From positions 1 through 64,000 of the forward strand of contig NZ_LSUQ01000006.1 of assembly GCF_001642725.1 (NCBI RefSeq): a stretch of DNA of 64,000 nucleotides, given 5' to 3'. The stretch comes from Ferroacidibacillus organovorans. Lineage in GTDB: Bacteria > Bacillota > Bacilli > Alicyclobacillales > SLC66. Each line of letters opens with the position of its first letter. The stretch's first letter is position 1. Shown here one piece after another: positions 38,406-51,263 of this stretch. The notes below the pieces were generated by a model. It was not told the origin of the DNA, did no database searches, and saw only the letters and a list, made by a program, of their open reading frames with translations. Made by a program: the position numbers and the translations under genes.

Positions 38406-41400
38406 TTGCTGGATGTCAACAACTTTGAGTATATGAAAATCGGTCTTGCATCGCCGGATAAAATTCGCTCGTGGTCACACGGTGAAGTAAAAAAACCGGA
38501 AACGATTAACTATCGCACACTGAAACCCGAAAAAGAGGGGCTCTTTTGCGAGAAGATTTTTGGCCCGCAGCGCGACTGGGAGTGTCACTGCGGAAAGTAT
38601 AAGCGTGTCCGCTATAAAGGCGTGGTGTGTGATCGCTGCGGCGTGGAGGTTACACGCGCAAAAGTTCGACGCGAGCGCATGGGGCACATTGAATTGGCGG
38701 CGCCGGTATCGCACATCTGGTATTTCAAAGGAATTCCAAGTCGCATGGGGCTTGTCCTTGACATGTCTCCGCGCAATCTTGAAGAAGTCATCTATTTTGC
38801 CTCCTATGTCGTGACAGATCCAGGCGATACCCCGCTTGAGTTAAAGCAGTTGCTCTCGGAGAAAGAGTATCGCAGCTATCGCGAAAAGTATGGCTATGGC
38901 TTCGAGGCGGGGATGGGCGCAGAGGCAGTGAAAAAGCTTCTGCTCGGCATTGATGTCGATCAACAAATTGAAACACTCCGCGAAGAACTGCGCACCGTTC
39001 AAGGTCAGCGTAGAAATCGTGCGATCAAGCGCCTCGAAGTTCTTGACGCTTTCAAGCAATCAGCAAACGACCCGTCGTGGATGATTCTTGACGCACTACC
39101 CGTCATTCCGCCGGATCTTCGCCCGATGGTTCAGCTCGACGGAGGACGTTTTGCGACTTCCGATCTAAATGACCTGTATCGCCGCGTCATCAACAGAAAC
39201 AATCGTCTAAAGCGGTTGCTTGAACTGGGCGCGCCTGACATCATCGTGCAAAATGAGAAGCGGATGCTTCAAGAAGCGGTCGACGCGTTGATTGACAACG
39301 GCCGCCGTGGTCGCCCTGTTACCGGGCCTGGAAATCGACCGCTCAAATCTCTGTCGCACATGCTAAAAGGGAAACAGGGGCGGTTTCGTCAGAATCTCTT
39401 GGGTAAACGCGTTGACTATTCCGGTCGCTCAGTAATCGTTGTTGGTCCGGAGTTGAAGATGTATCAGTGCGGCCTGCCAAAAGAGATGGCGCTCGAACTG
39501 TTCAAACCGTTTGTTATGAAGGAGCTTGTTGCACAAGGGCTCGCGCACAACATCAAGAGCGCAAAACGCAAAGTTGAGCGCGTGTCGGATGAGGTTTGGG
39601 ATGTTCTCGAACAGGTCATCACCGAACACCCTGTGTTGCTCAATCGTGCACCGACGCTCCACCGACTGGGGATTCAGGCATTCGAACCGATTCTCGTGGC
39701 GGGGCGCGCCATTAAACTGCACCCGCTCGTCTGCACGGCGTATAATGCTGACTTTGACGGCGACCAGATGGCGGTTCACGTTCCGCTCTCGGCAGAAGCT
39801 CAGGCGGAAGCGCGTCTGCTCATGCTTGCAGCGCATAACATCTTGAATCCAAAAGATGGAAAACCGGTTGTTACGCCGACGCAGGACATGGTGTTAGGAT
39901 CGTATTACCTTACGATTGAGCGAGAAGGCGAAGTTGGTGAGGGACGGATTTTTTCGAGTCCGGAAGAAGTCCTTCTTGCCTATCAGGACCATCAAGTAAC
40001 GCTCCACACGCGAATCATGATTCCGGCAAAAGTGTTAAACAAGGTGTCCTTTACAGCTCGTCAACGTGAGGCTATTTTGGTGACGACGCCGGGAAAAATC
40101 CTATTTAATGAGATCTTCCCGAGCGAGTTTCCTTACATCAACGTGGCGGATCGCAAGAACTTGCTGCATGGAACGCCGGATGACTACTTTGTCTTTGAAC
40201 GGGGCGTCAATCTGCGCGAACACGCGATGAGTATTCCGTTTAAGGGAGCGATCGTCAAGTCTTTCCTCGGTGCGATTATTGGTGAGTGCTTTGCGCGCTA
40301 TGGAACGACGAGAACGGCAGAAATTCTCGACAGAGTGAAAAAGCTTAGCTTTACGTACTCGACGAAAGCAGGCATCACCATCTCTGTCGCAGACATCTAT
40401 GTTCCTGAGCAAAAAGAGCGGATTCTGGCTGACGCGGAACAAAAGGAAGATCGCGTCTTGGTTCAGTTTCGCCGCGGATTGATCACGGAAGAAGAGCGCT
40501 ACAATCGATTTATTAGCATTTGGAGTTCGGCGAAAGATGAACTTACCAATACGCTTATGGATTCGCTCGATCGGTTTAATCCGATTTACATGATGGCCAA
40601 TTCTGGAGCGCGCGGATCGGTTTCGCAAATCACGCAGCTCGCGGGAATGCGCGGATTGATGGCGAATCCATCTGGTCGCATTATCGAGTTGCCGATTAAG
40701 TCGAATTTCCGCGAGGGTCTCACGGTTCTCGAGTATTTCATATCGACGCACGGCGCTCGAAAAGGACTCGCAGATACGGCACTGCGGACGGCAGACTCAG
40801 GGTACTTGACGCGGCGCTTGGTTGACGTGGCGCAAGATACGATTGTCCGCCAGGAAGACTGTGGGACGGATCGCGGAATCATGGTGGAAGAGATTCGCGA
40901 TGGAAAAGAGATTATTGAGGATCTTTATGACCGGATTGTCGGGCGCATCGCGTTCAAAACGCTGCGCCATCCAGAGACGAGTGAGGTTCTCGTTGAAAAA
41001 GACGGTCTGATCGATGAAGCGATCGCGCGTTCGATCATCGACGCGAACATTCAGTCTGTCGTGATTCGCTCCGTGCTGACCTGCCGGGCGCGCCACGGTG
41101 TCTGCATACAGTGCTATGGAAGAAACCTCGCGACAGGAAAAATGGTCGAGATTGGTGAAGCTGTTGGAATTATTGCGGCGCAATCCATCGGTGAGCCAGG
41201 AACACAGTTGACCATGAGGACGTTCCACACAGGGGGCGTCGCGGGAGATGACATCACGCAAGGTTTGCCGCGGATTCAGGAACTTTTTGAAGCGCGCCAC
41301 CCCAAAGGGCAAGCGACGATCACGGAGATTTCTGGCACGATCTCAGATATTCGCGAGATCAAAGACAAGCGCGAGGTTGAAGTCGTCGGTGAGTCTGAGA

Positions 41401-42065
41401 CAAAAGTCTACGCGATTCCGTTTGGATCGCGCATTCGGGCGAGTGTCGGGCAGATTGTTGAAGCGGGCGACGAGTTGACGGAGGGTTCGGTTGATCCGAA
41501 GGAAATGTTGCGCGTTAAAGGGTTGCGTGGGGTGCAAAACTACCTTTTACGCGAAGTCCAACGGGTTTACCGCATTCAGGGCGTCGACATCAATGACAAG
41601 CACGTCGAGGTGATGATTCGCCAAATGATGCGCAAAGTGCGTATCGTGGATAGTGGCACTACGGATCTGTTACCAGGCACGTATGTCGATTTACTTGCGT
41701 ATGAAGAGTCGAATCGCAAGGTGCTTCTGTCGGGTGGAGAACCGGCCGTTGCTCGTCCAGCGCTTCTTGGCATCACGAAAGCATCGCTTGAGACAGATTC
41801 CTTCTTGTCCGCTGCATCCTTCCAGGAGACGACGCGCGTCCTTACGGAAGCCGCCATCAAAGGAAAGGTTGATCATCTGCTCGGGCTGAAAGAAAATGTC
41901 ATCATCGGCAAATTAATCCCTGCGGGAACGGGTATGTCGCGCTACCGCAACATTGCGCTGGTTGATGCATCTGCGTATACCGATGATGTGACGGGAACGG
42001 CTACAGCAGTGAAACCTAAAGAACTGGTTGAAGTTCTCGCGACAGAATCGGGCGATCTGCACTAG
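38406..42065 (+). CDS. rpoC: RNA polymerase beta' subunit
   Basis: Zn finger, NADFDGD catalytic motif, QLTMRTFH. Confidence 0.98.
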   Translation: MLDVNNFEYMKIGLASPDKIRSWSHGEVKKPETINYRTLKPEKEGLFCEKIFGPQRDWECHCGKYKRVRYKGVVCDRCGVEVTRAKVRRERMGHIELAAPVSHIWYFKGIPSRMGLVLDMSPRNLEEVIYFASYVVTDPGDTPLELKQLLSEKEYRSYREKYGYGFEAGMGAEAVKKLLLGIDVDQQIETLREELRTVQGQRRNRAIKRLEVLDAFKQSANDPSWMILDALPVIPPDLRPMVQLDGGRFATSDLNDLYRRVINRNNRLKRLLELGAPDIIVQNEKRMLQEAVDALIDNGRRGRPVTGPGNRPLKSLSHMLKGKQGRFRQNLLGKRVDYSGRSVIVVGPELKMYQCGLPKEMALELFKPFVMKELVAQGLAHNIKSAKRKVERVSDEVWDVLEQVITEHPVLLNRAPTLHRLGIQAFEPILVAGRAIKLHPLVCTAYNADFDGDQMAVHVPLSAEAQAEARLLMLAAHNILNPKDGKPVVTPTQDMVLGSYYLTIEREGEVGEGRIFSSPEEVLLAYQDHQVTLHTRIMIPAKVLNKVSFTARQREAILVTTPGKILFNEIFPSEFPYINVADRKNLLHGTPDDYFVFERGVNLREHAMSIPFKGAIVKSFLGAIIGECFARYGTTRTAEILDRVKKLSFTYSTKAGITISVADIYVPEQKERILADAEQKEDRVLVQFRRGLITEEERYNRFISIWSSAKDELTNTLMDSLDRFNPIYMMANSGARGSVSQITQLAGMRGLMANPSGRIIELPIKSNFREGLTVLEYFISTHGARKGLADTALRTADSGYLTRRLVDVAQDTIVRQEDCGTDRGIMVEEIRDGKEIIEDLYDRIVGRIAFKTLRHPETSEVLVEKDGLIDEAIARSIIDANIQSVVIRSVLTCRARHGVCIQCYGRNLATGKMVEIGEAVGIIAAQSIGEPGTQLTMRTFHTGGVAGDDITQGLPRIQELFEARHPKGQATITEISGTISDIREIKDKREVEVVGESETKVYAIPFGSRIRASVGQIVEAGDELTEGSVDPKEMLRVKGLRGVQNYLLREVQRVYRIQGVDINDKHVEVMIRQMMRKVRIVDSGTTDLLPGTYVDLLAYEESNRKVLLSGGEPAVARPALLGITKASLETDSFLSAASFQETTRVLTEAAIKGKVDHLLGLKENVIIGKLIPAGTGMSRYRNIALVDASAYTDDVTGTATAVKPKELVEVLATESGDLH

Positions 42066-42087
42066 CCCTTGCGTGATGAGAGACGGT

Positions 42088-42125
42088 GAAAGCCGGGAGA
42101 GCGAAAAATGCTCCCCGGCTTTCTT
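42088..42125 (+). terminator. Terminator after rpoC
   Basis: GAAAGCCGGG...CCCGGCTTTC hairpin. Confidence 0.7.
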
Positions 42126-42192
42126 GACTTGAATGTCAAAGACGTGATAATATCATCAAGTGTGCCTACATGTGAGCGTTGAGGTGTCACCT

Positions 42193-42447
42193 ATGTACCA
42201 ACGAGTCAAAAAACAGCAGCGTCGTACAGTCGGAACTTCGTCGACTCTGCGTGCGATTGAACGCGACCGAATCTCGGAGGTTTATATCGCGCGAGATGTT
42301 GACCGCCATGTCCTCAACCCGGTAATCGCCATCTGCAAAGAAAAGGGCGTCAAAATTAATTGGGTTGATTGCCAAGGTGCGCTAGGCGCAGCCTGCGGAA
42401 TGAAATTAGCTACGTCGACCGTAGGATTTCTTCGTGACGATGTGTGA
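42193..42447 (+). CDS. ybxF: L7Ae family RNA (kink-turn)-binding protein YbxF
   Basis: VG...TLRAI, VYIARD, LGAACG; position before rpsL. Confidence 0.85.
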   Translation: MYQRVKKQQRRTVGTSSTLRAIERDRISEVYIARDVDRHVLNPVIAICKEKGVKINWVDCQGALGAACGMKLATSTVGFLRDDV

Positions 42448-42534
42448 TTCTTTTTTTGGCTCACAAAATGAACCACCAGGGTCTGTGGTCTAAAAAAACA
42501 CTGCAGAACCCACTCTTGGAAGGAGGTGCACACG

Positions 42535-42954
<420 letters not shown>

Positions 42955-43048
42955 GACTCATCGATCTGTCGCCTGATGCAACGTATTGTACAGTGTGATG
43001 GAGGTATTGCGCGATGTCACGGATCGTGCGAGAAAGGAGGATGTACTC

Positions 43049-43519
43049 ATGCCGAGAAAAGGACCTGTACCGCGTAGAGATGTTATGCCGGACCCGCTTT
43101 TCACCAACAAGTTGGTCACGCGTTTGATTAATAAAGTGATGCTTGATGGCAAGCGTGGTGTGGCACAGAATCTCGTTTACGGTGCGTTTGAAAAAGTGCG
43201 TGAACGTTCGGGAAAAGACCCGATGGAAGTGTTTGACGCGGCAATGAAAAATATTATGCCCGTCTTGGAAGTCAAAGCACGTCGGGTTGGTGGATCGAAT
43301 TATCAGGTGCCTGTTGAAGTTCGCCCGGATCGTCGCACGACGCTTGGCTTGCGCTGGCTTGTTCAGTATTCGAGACAGCGTCATGAAAAGAGCATGGATG
43401 ATCGTCTCGCCAATGAAATTCTTGATGCTGCCAACAATGCGGGCGGCGCTGTAAAGAAACGCGAAGATACGCATCGCATGGCGGAAGCGAATAAGGCGTT
43501 TGCCCACTATCGCTGGTAG
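43049..43519 (+). CDS. rpsG: 30S ribosomal protein S7
   Basis: [31 protein letters not shown]. Confidence 0.98.
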   Translation: MPRKGPVPRRDVMPDPLFTNKLVTRLINKVMLDGKRGVAQNLVYGAFEKVRERSGKDPMEVFDAAMKNIMPVLEVKARRVGGSNYQVPVEVRPDRRTTLGLRWLVQYSRQRHEKSMDDRLANEILDAANNAGGAVKKREDTHRMAEANKAFAHYRW

Positions 43520-43554
43520 GATCATGAGATTGCGAAGAAAGGAGGACACAGCTC

Positions 43555-45627
43555 ATGGCAAGGCAGTTTCCGCTCGATAAGACGCGCAACATTGGTATCA
43601 TGGCGCATATCGACGCGGGTAAGACAACGACCACGGAGCGTATCCTGTTTTACACAGGCCGCGTGCACAAAATCGGTGAAGTTCACGAGGGTGCGGCGAC
43701 CATGGACTGGATGGTTCAAGAGCAAGAGCGTGGAATCACGATTACGTCGGCTGCTACGACTGCGCAGTGGAAAGCGCATCGCATCAACATCATTGATACG
43801 CCAGGGCACGTTGATTTCACAGTTGAAGTCGAACGCTCTTTGCGTGTACTCGACGGTGCGGTGGCTGTTTTTGACGCCAAGGGTGGCGTTGAACCACAGT
43901 CAGAAACGGTGTGGCGTCAAGCAGACAAGTATGATGTGCCTCGTTTGGCTTATGTCAACAAAATGGATATTATCGGTGCTGACTATTTTGAGTGCATTCG
44001 CCAAATCCGCGATCGCCTTAAGTCAAACCCGGTTGCGATTCAAGTCCCAATTGGAGCTGAAGATCACTTTCATGGCGTCATTGATCTGGTCGAGAATCGC
44101 GCGATCGTCTATACGGATGATCTCGGTACAACTTCAGAATCTCGCGATATCCCGGAAGAGTATCAAGCCCAAGTGGAAGAGTACCGCACGTTGTTACTTG
44201 AAGCTTGCGCCGAGGTTGAGAACGAGTTGATGGAGAAGTATCTCGAAGGCGAAGAGCTCACGGTTGAGGAGATCAAACGCGCGCTTCGCAAAGGCACGAT
44301 CGCTTCAACGCTCGTGCCTGTACTCTGTGGCTCATCGTACCGCAACAAGGGTGTTCAACCAATGCTTGATGCGGTTGTCGACTACCTTCCATCGCCGCTC
44401 GATGTGCCGGCGATCAAAGGGACATCGCCTGACGGTGAGGATATGGAGCGGCACGCGAGTGACGAAGAACCGTTCTCGGCGCTTGCGTTCAAAATCATGA
44501 CCGACCCGTTTGTCGGAAAGCTTGCGTTCTTTCGCGTCTATTCCGGAACGCTCTCTTCTGGTTCGTATGTCTTGAATTCGACGAAAAACAAGCGTGAGCG
44601 CATTGGGCGCATTCTGCAGATGCACGCGAACCACCGCGAAGAGATTCCGGTTGTGTACTCCGGAGATATTGCGGCTGCCGTCGGATTAAAAGATACGACG
44701 ACTGGCGATACACTGTGCGAAGAGAAGAATGTGGTTATTCTTGAGTCGATGGACTTTCCGGAACCGGTTATCTCGGTTGCGATTGAGCCTAAAACAAAAG
44801 CGGACCAGGATAAGATGGGAATTGCGCTCTCCAAACTGTCTGAAGAGGATCCGACGTTTCGGACGCACACCAACCACGAGACTGGGCAAACGATCATCTC
44901 GGGCATGGGCGAGTTGCACCTGGAAATTATCGTTGATCGCATGATGCGTGAGTTTAAAGTCGAGGCAAACGTCGGCAAGCCGCAGGTTGCTTACAAGGAA
45001 ACCATTCGCAACAAGGTAAAGGCGGAAGGGAAATTTGTGCGGCAGTCCGGCGGTCGTGGACAGTATGGTCACGTCTGGGTCGAATTCGAACCACTCGAGC
45101 GCGGTCAAGGGTATCTGTTTGAAAACAAAGTTGTCGGTGGTGTTGTTCCTCGCGAATACATCCCGGCGGTTGACAACGGTATCCAGGAAGCCATGCGCAA
45201 TGGCGTGCTTGCAGGCTATCCGATGCTTGACGTCAAGGCGACAATCGTTGACGGTTCGTACCATGATGTTGACTCGTCTGAAATGGCGTTTCACATTGCC
45301 GGTTCGATGGCGCTGAAAAACGCGGTAAGCCGCGCTGACGCGCACTTGCTTGAACCGATCATGAAGGTTGAAGTAACCGTTCCGGAAGAGTACATGGGCG
45401 ATATCATGGGGGATATCAACTCCCGCCGTGGTCGCATCGAGGGTATGGAGGCGCGCTCTGGCGCGCAAGTCATCCGCGGGTTTGTCCCTCTCTCTGAAAT
45501 GTTCGGATACGCGACAATCCTTCGCTCGCGCACGCAAGGACGCGGAACGTATACGATGGAACCTGCCACGTATGAAGAAGTTCCGAAAAACATCGCGGCA
45601 GAGATCATTGCGAAACAAAAAGGTTAA
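43555..45627 (+). CDS. fusA: Elongation factor G
   Basis: [24 protein letters not shown]. Confidence 0.98.
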   Translation: MARQFPLDKTRNIGIMAHIDAGKTTTTERILFYTGRVHKIGEVHEGAATMDWMVQEQERGITITSAATTAQWKAHRINIIDTPGHVDFTVEVERSLRVLDGAVAVFDAKGGVEPQSETVWRQADKYDVPRLAYVNKMDIIGADYFECIRQIRDRLKSNPVAIQVPIGAEDHFHGVIDLVENRAIVYTDDLGTTSESRDIPEEYQAQVEEYRTLLLEACAEVENELMEKYLEGEELTVEEIKRALRKGTIASTLVPVLCGSSYRNKGVQPMLDAVVDYLPSPLDVPAIKGTSPDGEDMERHASDEEPFSALAFKIMTDPFVGKLAFFRVYSGTLSSGSYVLNSTKNKRERIGRILQMHANHREEIPVVYSGDIAAAVGLKDTTTGDTLCEEKNVVILESMDFPEPVISVAIEPKTKADQDKMGIALSKLSEEDPTFRTHTNHETGQTIISGMGELHLEIIVDRMMREFKVEANVGKPQVAYKETIRNKVKAEGKFVRQSGGRGQYGHVWVEFEPLERGQGYLFENKVVGGVVPREYIPAVDNGIQEAMRNGVLAGYPMLDVKATIVDGSYHDVDSSEMAFHIAGSMALKNAVSRADAHLLEPIMKVEVTVPEEYMGDIMGDINSRRGRIEGMEARSGAQVIRGFVPLSEMFGYATILRSRTQGRGTYTMEPATYEEVPKNIAAEIIAKQKG

Positions 45628-45653
45628 AACGATACGATAAGGAGCTGATTTCA

Positions 45654-46844
45654 TTGGCAAAGTCAAAATTCGAACGGAATAAACCGCACGTAAACATCGG
45701 TACAATCGGTCACGTTGACCACGGTAAAACCACACTCACAGCGGCGATCACGACCGTTCTTTCTAAATCTGGTCAAGCGCAAGCGATGGCGTATGACGCG
45801 ATTGACAAGGCGCCGGAAGAGCGCGAGCGCGGTATCACGATCAACACTGCGCACGTGGAATACGAGACGGCAAACCGTCACTATGCACACGTTGACTGCC
45901 CGGGACACGCCGACTATGTAAAGAACATGATCACGGGTGCCGCGCAAATGGACGGCGGTATTCTCGTCGTGTCCGCGACGGATGGCCCTATGCCACAAAC
46001 GCGCGAGCACATCCTGCTCTCCCGCCAAGTTGGCGTTCCGCACCTTGTCGTCTTCATGAACAAGTGCGACATGGTGGAAGACGAAGAACTTCTTGAGTTG
46101 GTCGAGATGGAAATTCGTGATCTTCTCAGTGAGTATGAATTCCCTGGCGATGACACCCCAGTGATTCGTGGTTCGGCGCTCAAGGCGCTCGAAGATCCGA
46201 GTGGTGAGTGGGCGAAGAAGATCGACGAGTTGATGGCGGCGGTTGACAGCTTTATCCCAACGCCTGAGCGCGATACCGACAAGCCTTTCTTGATGCCTGT
46301 TGAAGACGTGTTTACGATCACGGGTCGCGGTACGGTTGCAACAGGTCGTGTTGAGCGTGGACAACTGAAAGTCGGCGACGAAGTTGAAGTGGTTGGCTTT
46401 ACGGAAGACCCACGCAAAACGGTTGCCACGGGGATTGAAATGTTTCGCAAGCTCCTCGACTTTGCGCAAGCCGGCGACAATATCGGCGCTTTGCTTCGCG
46501 GCGTTGATCGCAAAGACATCGAGCGCGGCCAAGTCATTTGCAAACCGGGCTCGATTAAACCGCACACCAACTTTCAAGCGCAGGTGTACGTTTTGAAAAA
46601 GGAAGAAGGCGGTCGTCACACGCCGTTTTTCAACAACTATCGCCCGCAGTTTTATTTCCGTACGACGGACGTTACGGGAATCATCACGCTCCCAGAAGGT
46701 ACGGAAATGGTGATGCCTGGTGATAACATCACGGTTACGGTTGAGCTTATTTCGCAAATTGCAATCGAAGATGGCACGCGCTTCGCGATTCGCGAAGGCG
46801 GCCGCACAGTTGGTGCGGGTGTCGTTGTTGGCATCTCGAAATAA
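45654..46844 (+). CDS. tuf: Elongation factor Tu
   Basis: [24 protein letters not shown] start. Confidence 0.98.
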   Translation: MAKSKFERNKPHVNIGTIGHVDHGKTTLTAAITTVLSKSGQAQAMAYDAIDKAPEERERGITINTAHVEYETANRHYAHVDCPGHADYVKNMITGAAQMDGGILVVSATDGPMPQTREHILLSRQVGVPHLVVFMNKCDMVEDEELLELVEMEIRDLLSEYEFPGDDTPVIRGSALKALEDPSGEWAKKIDELMAAVDSFIPTPERDTDKPFLMPVEDVFTITGRGTVATGRVERGQLKVGDEVEVVGFTEDPRKTVATGIEMFRKLLDFAQAGDNIGALLRGVDRKDIERGQVICKPGSIKPHTNFQAQVYVLKKEEGGRHTPFFNNYRPQFYFRTTDVTGIITLPEGTEMVMPGDNITVTVELISQIAIEDGTRFAIREGGRTVGAGVVVGISK

Positions 46845-46859
46845 GGAAAATTGATGTAA

Positions 46860-46892
46860 GGAAGGGGCCTTCTTTGAAGGCTCCCTTTTTTT
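46860..46892 (+). terminator. Terminator after tuf
   Basis: GGGGCCTTC-ttt-GAAGGCTCC + T-run. Confidence 0.8.
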
Positions 46893-46992
46893 GTGATCAG
46901 GCTCGTCGCATTGGGCGATGGATGTATGTATAATGATGAAGGTATAACCATGGACATTGTAGGCAGGTAATGCTTGTACATAAAGGAGTGCT

Positions 46993-47595
46993 TTGACGTT
47001 GGATGACCAGGTGACGGACGAGATACAAGCGCCTGCGCATAAAAAGGGCAACCAAAGGAAAGATTCCGTTTGGGATTGGGTCAAAGCGGGAATTGTTGCG
47101 TTGATCATCGCGTTTGGCATTCACCAGTTTCTTTTTACGCAGTTTCGCGTCGACGGTCAATCGATGGATTATACTCTGGCAAATGGCGAACGCTTGATCG
47201 TCGATAAGATCCCGTATTATTTTGGCATGCCAAAACGAGGCGACATCATTGTATTTTTGGCGCCGGATGGTCAATATTGGGTGAAGCGTGTCATCGGCTT
47301 ACCGGGTGATACGATTCAAATCAAGAATGGTCAATTGATCTTGAATGGCAAAGTGATCAAGGAACCGTTTATCGCGCAACCGATGGACCCGAGTATGCCG
47401 TTTGGTCCGGTAAAAGTACCACCAGGACGACTGTTCGTTATGGGGGACAATCGAAACATCAGTGAAGATAGTCGCGTCATTGGACCGATTAAGATTTCAA
47501 GCGTCGTGGGGCGTGTCGATCTGGTGATTTGGCCGTTCAATAAATTCGAAGTGATCGGATCGACGCAGGAACATTTTTTACCGCAAACACCGTGA
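46993..47595 (+). CDS. lepB: Signal peptidase I
   Basis: One N-terminal TM; GQSMDYTL (Ser), VKRVIGLPGD (Lys), GDNRNISEDSR. Confidence 0.93.
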   Translation: MTLDDQVTDEIQAPAHKKGNQRKDSVWDWVKAGIVALIIAFGIHQFLFTQFRVDGQSMDYTLANGERLIVDKIPYYFGMPKRGDIIVFLAPDGQYWVKRVIGLPGDTIQIKNGQLILNGKVIKEPFIAQPMDPSMPFGPVKVPPGRLFVMGDNRNISEDSRVIGPIKISSVVGRVDLVIWPFNKFEVIGSTQEHFLPQTP

Positions 47596-47646
47596 TCATC
47601 TGAGTGAGCGCTTGAAAGATCGATAACGCTGAAGTGCAGCTTTTCG

Positions 47647-47674
47647 GATGCGGAGAGACTCCGCATCTTTTTTT
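47647..47674 (+). terminator. Terminator after the signal peptidase gene
   Basis: GATGCGGAG-aga-CTCCGCATC + T7. Confidence 0.85.
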
Positions 47675-47684
47675 ATATATTGTA

Positions 47685-47713
47685 TTGTGTTTCGTCGAGG
47701 TGTTTAGTATAAT
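47685..47713 (+). promoter_or_regulatory. Sigma-A promoter of the S10 cluster
   Basis: TTGTGT-17 nt-TATAAT. Confidence 0.65.
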
Positions 47714-47730
47714 TTTATATTGTTGGTTTA

Positions 47731-47825
47731 AGACTGCGTTGATGCAAAAGGTTGCTCACGTACCGTTCGCCATGTGCGGGACCACTGAGGAAATTTTTGC
47801 TGAGTATGTCCAATCGATTGGGCGA
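47731..47825 (+). promoter_or_regulatory. Structured rpsJ (S10) leader RNA
   Basis: GATGCAAAAGGTTGC...GCCATG...AAATTTTTGCTGAG long stem plus GTCCAATC/GATTGGGC hairpin before the RBS; resembles the Firmicutes rpsJ leader as I recall it. Confidence 0.55.
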
Positions 47826-47842
47826 CGAAGGAGGGAAACCAT

Positions 47843-48151
47843 ATGGCAAAGCAAAAGATTCGCATTCGACTCAAAGCGTATGACCACAAGTTGTTGGATC
47901 AGTCCGCTGAAAAGATTGTCGAGACCGCCAAACGTTCTGGCGCTGGTGTGGCGGGGCCCATACCGCTTCCGACCGATAAGTCAATTATCACGATTTTGCG
48001 TTCACCGCACAAATACAAAGACTCTCGGGAGCAGTTTGAGATGCGCACCCATAAACGACTCATTGATATATTGAGTCCGACGCCGCAGACGGTTGATGCG
48101 CTGATGCGTCTTGATCTGCCTTCTGGCGTGGACATTGAGATTAAACTTTGA
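47843..48151 (+). CDS. rpsJ: 30S ribosomal protein S10
   Basis: [28 protein letters not shown]. Confidence 0.98.
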   Translation: MAKQKIRIRLKAYDHKLLDQSAEKIVETAKRSGAGVAGPIPLPTDKSIITILRSPHKYKDSREQFEMRTHKRLIDILSPTPQTVDALMRLDLPSGVDIEIKL

Positions 48152-48174
48152 TGTAAGAAGCGGGGGTGTAAGTT

Positions 48175-48795
48175 ATGAAAGGGATTCTTGGACGCAAACT
48201 TGGAATGACACAAGTGTTTCTCGAAGATGGAAACGTTGTGCCTGTGACCGTTGTTGAAGCGGGTCCGTGTGTTGTGTTGCAAGTGAAAACGCCTAATACG
48301 GATGGCTACGAAAGTGTACAGTTGGGGTTCGCTGACAAAAAGCGCCCAACCAAACCGGAGGCAGGCCACGCTGCAAAAGCGAACACGGTTGCCAAGCGCT
48401 ACGTTCGAGAGCTTCGTGGGCCACTCAGCGAGACTTATGAAGTGGGTCAGGAAGTCAAAGCGGATGTCTTTGCAAGCGGGGATATCGTCGATGTGATCGG
48501 CGTCTCAAAAGGTAAGGGGACGGCGGGACCGATCAAGCGTCACAATCAATCGCGCGGTCCAATGGCGCACGGTTCCAAATATCACCGTGGTGTCGGTTCG
48601 CTTGGTTCGATCAATGCAAACCGCGTTTTTAAGGGTCAAACCATGGCGGGACGCATGGGTCACGAGCGCGTGACGGTGCAAAACCTTGAAGTGGTTCGCG
48701 TTGATGTTGCTCGCAATGTTCTTCTGATTAAAGGTGCGTTGCCTGGTCCGAAGAACTCATTTGTAACCGTGCGTTCTGCGGTTAAAAAGCGCTAG
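48175..48795 (+). CDS. rplC: 50S ribosomal protein L3
   Basis: [19 protein letters not shown]. Confidence 0.97.
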   Translation: MKGILGRKLGMTQVFLEDGNVVPVTVVEAGPCVVLQVKTPNTDGYESVQLGFADKKRPTKPEAGHAAKANTVAKRYVRELRGPLSETYEVGQEVKADVFASGDIVDVIGVSKGKGTAGPIKRHNQSRGPMAHGSKYHRGVGSLGSINANRVFKGQTMAGRMGHERVTVQNLEVVRVDVARNVLLIKGALPGPKNSFVTVRSAVKKR

Positions 48796-48815
48796 GATGA
48801 AAGGAGGTACAATCC

Positions 48816-49442
48816 ATGGCAAAAGTTCCGGTTTACAACCTGGAAGGTGCGGTCGTCGGGGAAATTGAGCTCTCGGCTGACGTGTGGAATACAGAAGGAA
48901 AAGAACACTTGTTGCATCCGGCTGTCGTCGCGCAATTGGCGAGTCGCAGAGCGGGCACGCATAAAGTGAAGGGCCGCTCAGAAGTGCGCGGTGGCGGACG
49001 CAAACCTTGGCGTCAAAAAGGAACGGGTCGGGCGCGTCAAGGAAGCATTCGCAGTCCGCAATGGGTAGGCGGCGGTACGGTTCACGGTCCAGTTCCACGC
49101 AGTTACGCGATCTCGCTTCCGAAAAAGGTGCGTCGCGCAGCGATTCGCTCGGCACTCACGTCAAAGGTTCAAGCGGGCACCATTCTTGTGTTGGATCAAC
49201 TGTCGCTTGAAGGTATCAAAACCAAAGTGATGGCACAAGCGTTACAGAAACTCGGCGTGACTAAAAAAGCGTTGCTGGTGGATGCTGTTAAGCAGCAAAA
49301 TGTGTACCTATCGATACGCAATCTACCGGGTGTTTCTTATTCAGGCGCAGACACTGTCAACGTATACGATGTCTTGGCGCATCAGCGTCTCGTCATCACG
49401 ACGGCTGGCGTGGCTCGTGTGGAGGAGGTGTTTTCAAAGTGA
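48816..49442 (+). CDS. rplD: 50S ribosomal protein L4
   Basis: [15 protein letters not shown]. Confidence 0.97.
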   Translation: MAKVPVYNLEGAVVGEIELSADVWNTEGKEHLLHPAVVAQLASRRAGTHKVKGRSEVRGGGRKPWRQKGTGRARQGSIRSPQWVGGGTVHGPVPRSYAISLPKKVRRAAIRSALTSKVQAGTILVLDQLSLEGIKTKVMAQALQKLGVTKKALLVDAVKQQNVYLSIRNLPGVSYSGADTVNVYDVLAHQRLVITTAGVARVEEVFSK

Positions 49443-49726
49443 AAGATGCGCGCGATATCATTAAACGCCCGATCGTAACGGAAAACACCACAGAGCTTAT
49501 GGAATCGAATGTTTATACGTTTGAAGTGGACGGACACGCGAACAAAATCGAGATTGCACAGGCTGTCGAAACCCTTTTTGGTGGATCGAAAGTGGCTGCC
49601 GTCAATACGATGTGGGTTCCGGCAAAACGCAAACGCTACGGGAAACATTATGGTTTCACATCGAAATGGAAAAAAGCCTATGTAAAATTCACGGCTGAAT
49701 CCGAATTGCCTGATTTCTTAGGTTGA
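49439..49726 (+). CDS. rplW: 50S ribosomal protein L23
   Basis: [21 protein letters not shown]; operon position. Confidence 0.94.
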   Translation: MKDARDIIKRPIVTENTTELMESNVYTFEVDGHANKIEIAQAVETLFGGSKVAAVNTMWVPAKRKRYGKHYGFTSKWKKAYVKFTAESELPDFLG

Positions 49727-49759
49727 TTGACAACGGCGTGAAAAGAGGAGGGAAACAAG

Positions 49760-50590
49760 ATGGCGATTAAGAAGTATAAACCGACTTCTCCAGGGCGCAG
49801 ATTTATGTCTGTCTCGACGTTTGAAGAGATTACGACAGATAAACCGGAAAAGTCGCTGCTAAGACCGCTTGCAAAGCGTGCGGGTCGCAACCATCAGGGT
49901 AAAATTACTGTGCGCCATCGCGGTGGCGGACACAAGCGTCAGTACCGGATTATCGATTTTAAACGTGACAAAGATGGCATACCAGGCCGCGTTGCCACGA
50001 TCGAGTACGATCCGAATCGCTCTTCGCGTATTGCACTGATTAACTATGTGGATGGCGAGAAGCGGTACATCTTGGCTCCGGTTGGATTGAAAGTTGGAGA
50101 CATGATCTACTCCGGTCCGGATGTTGACATTAAAGTGGGAAATACGTTGCCGCTTATCAACATTCCTGTCGGTACGGTTCTTCACAACGTGGAATTGAAG
50201 CCTGGCAAAGGTGGCCAATTGGCGCGTGCGGCGGGTGCGGAAGCGCAACTGCTTGGTAAAGATGGGGATTATGTCACGCTTCGCCTTTCGTCGGGGGAAG
50301 TTCGAATGGTTCGCAAAGAATGTCGCGCGACGGTTGGGCAAGTTGGGAATCTTGATCACGAGAATATATCGATCGGAAAAGCGGGTCGCACGCGCTGGAA
50401 GGGCATTCGTCCAACAGTTCGTGGTGTCGTTATGAACCCGAACGATCACCCGCACGGTGGCGGTGAAGGTCGCGCTCCGATTGGTCGCAAGTCTCCGATG
50501 TCGCCTTGGGGTAAGCCGACCCTTGGTAAAAAGACGCGGAAAAAGAATCACAATACGGATAAGTACATTGTGCGTCGCAGGAAGAAGTAG
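49760..50590 (+). CDS. rplB: 50S ribosomal protein L2
   Basis: [21 protein letters not shown]. Confidence 0.98.
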   Translation: MAIKKYKPTSPGRRFMSVSTFEEITTDKPEKSLLRPLAKRAGRNHQGKITVRHRGGGHKRQYRIIDFKRDKDGIPGRVATIEYDPNRSSRIALINYVDGEKRYILAPVGLKVGDMIYSGPDVDIKVGNTLPLINIPVGTVLHNVELKPGKGGQLARAAGAEAQLLGKDGDYVTLRLSSGEVRMVRKECRATVGQVGNLDHENISIGKAGRTRWKGIRPTVRGVVMNPNDHPHGGGEGRAPIGRKSPMSPWGKPTLGKKTRKKNHNTDKYIVRRRKK

Positions 50591-50610
50591 TGTGAGAGGA
50601 GGCTTTAGGC

Positions 50611-50892
50611 ATGGGACGTTCTTTGAAGAAAGGCCCGTTTGCGGATGAGCATCTGCTAAAGAAGGTTGAAGTACTAAACGCTGCGAATGAAAAACGCGTG
50701 TTTAAGACGTGGTCACGTCGCTCAACCATTTTTCCGCAGTTTGTAGGTCACACCATTGCAGTGCATGATGGTCGTAAACATGTGCCGGTGTATATTACAG
50801 AAGACATGGTTGGTCACAAACTCGGAGAGTTTGCCCCGACCCGCACGTTTAAGGGCCATGCTGGTGACGAGAAGTCGTCGCGGTCACGCTGA
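50611..50892 (+). CDS. rpsS: 30S ribosomal protein S19
   Basis: [27 protein letters not shown]. Confidence 0.98.
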   Translation: MGRSLKKGPFADEHLLKKVEVLNAANEKRVFKTWSRRSTIFPQFVGHTIAVHDGRKHVPVYITEDMVGHKLGEFAPTRTFKGHAGDEKSSRSR

Positions 50893-50914
50893 TCGCGAAA
50901 GGAGGAGGCAAGTC

Positions 50915-51247
50915 ATGGAAGCACGCGCTGTGGCAAAACACATCCGCATTGCGCCGCGTAAGATGCGTCTGGTTGTCGACCTGATTCGCGGTAAAAGTGT
51001 GGGCGAAGCAATTGCGATTTTGAAACACACCCCAAAAGCAGGTTCGCCTGTCATAGAAAAGGTGTTGAAATCGGCGATTGCCAACGCAGAACACAATTAC
51101 AACCTGGATACAGAACGTCTTGTTATCAGCAAGGTGTTTGTCGATCAAGGGTCTACACTGAAACGGTTTCATCCCCGGTCCCAAGGACGTGCGTTTAGTA
51201 TTCTTAAGCATACGAGCCATGTGACGGTCGTTGTGACGGAAAAGTAA
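50915..51247 (+). CDS. rplV: 50S ribosomal protein L22
   Basis: [28 protein letters not shown] 50915 after GGAGGAGG. Confidence 0.97.
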   Translation: MEARAVAKHIRIAPRKMRLVVDLIRGKSVGEAIAILKHTPKAGSPVIEKVLKSAIANAEHNYNLDTERLVISKVFVDQGSTLKRFHPRSQGRAFSILKHTSHVTVVVTEK

Positions 51248-51263
51248 AGGAGGGATCGACTGC

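Noticed and set aside
42124..42139. TTGAC-N6-GTCAA palindrome at the ybxF-rpsL promoter
   Set aside because: Only 5-bp arms and one arm is simply the -35 box; insufficient evidence for an operator
44686..47120. Long antisense ORFs (349 aa, 485 aa) over fusA/tuf
   Set aside because: Typical stop-free antisense frames from codon bias in highly expressed genes; no RBS or domain evidence
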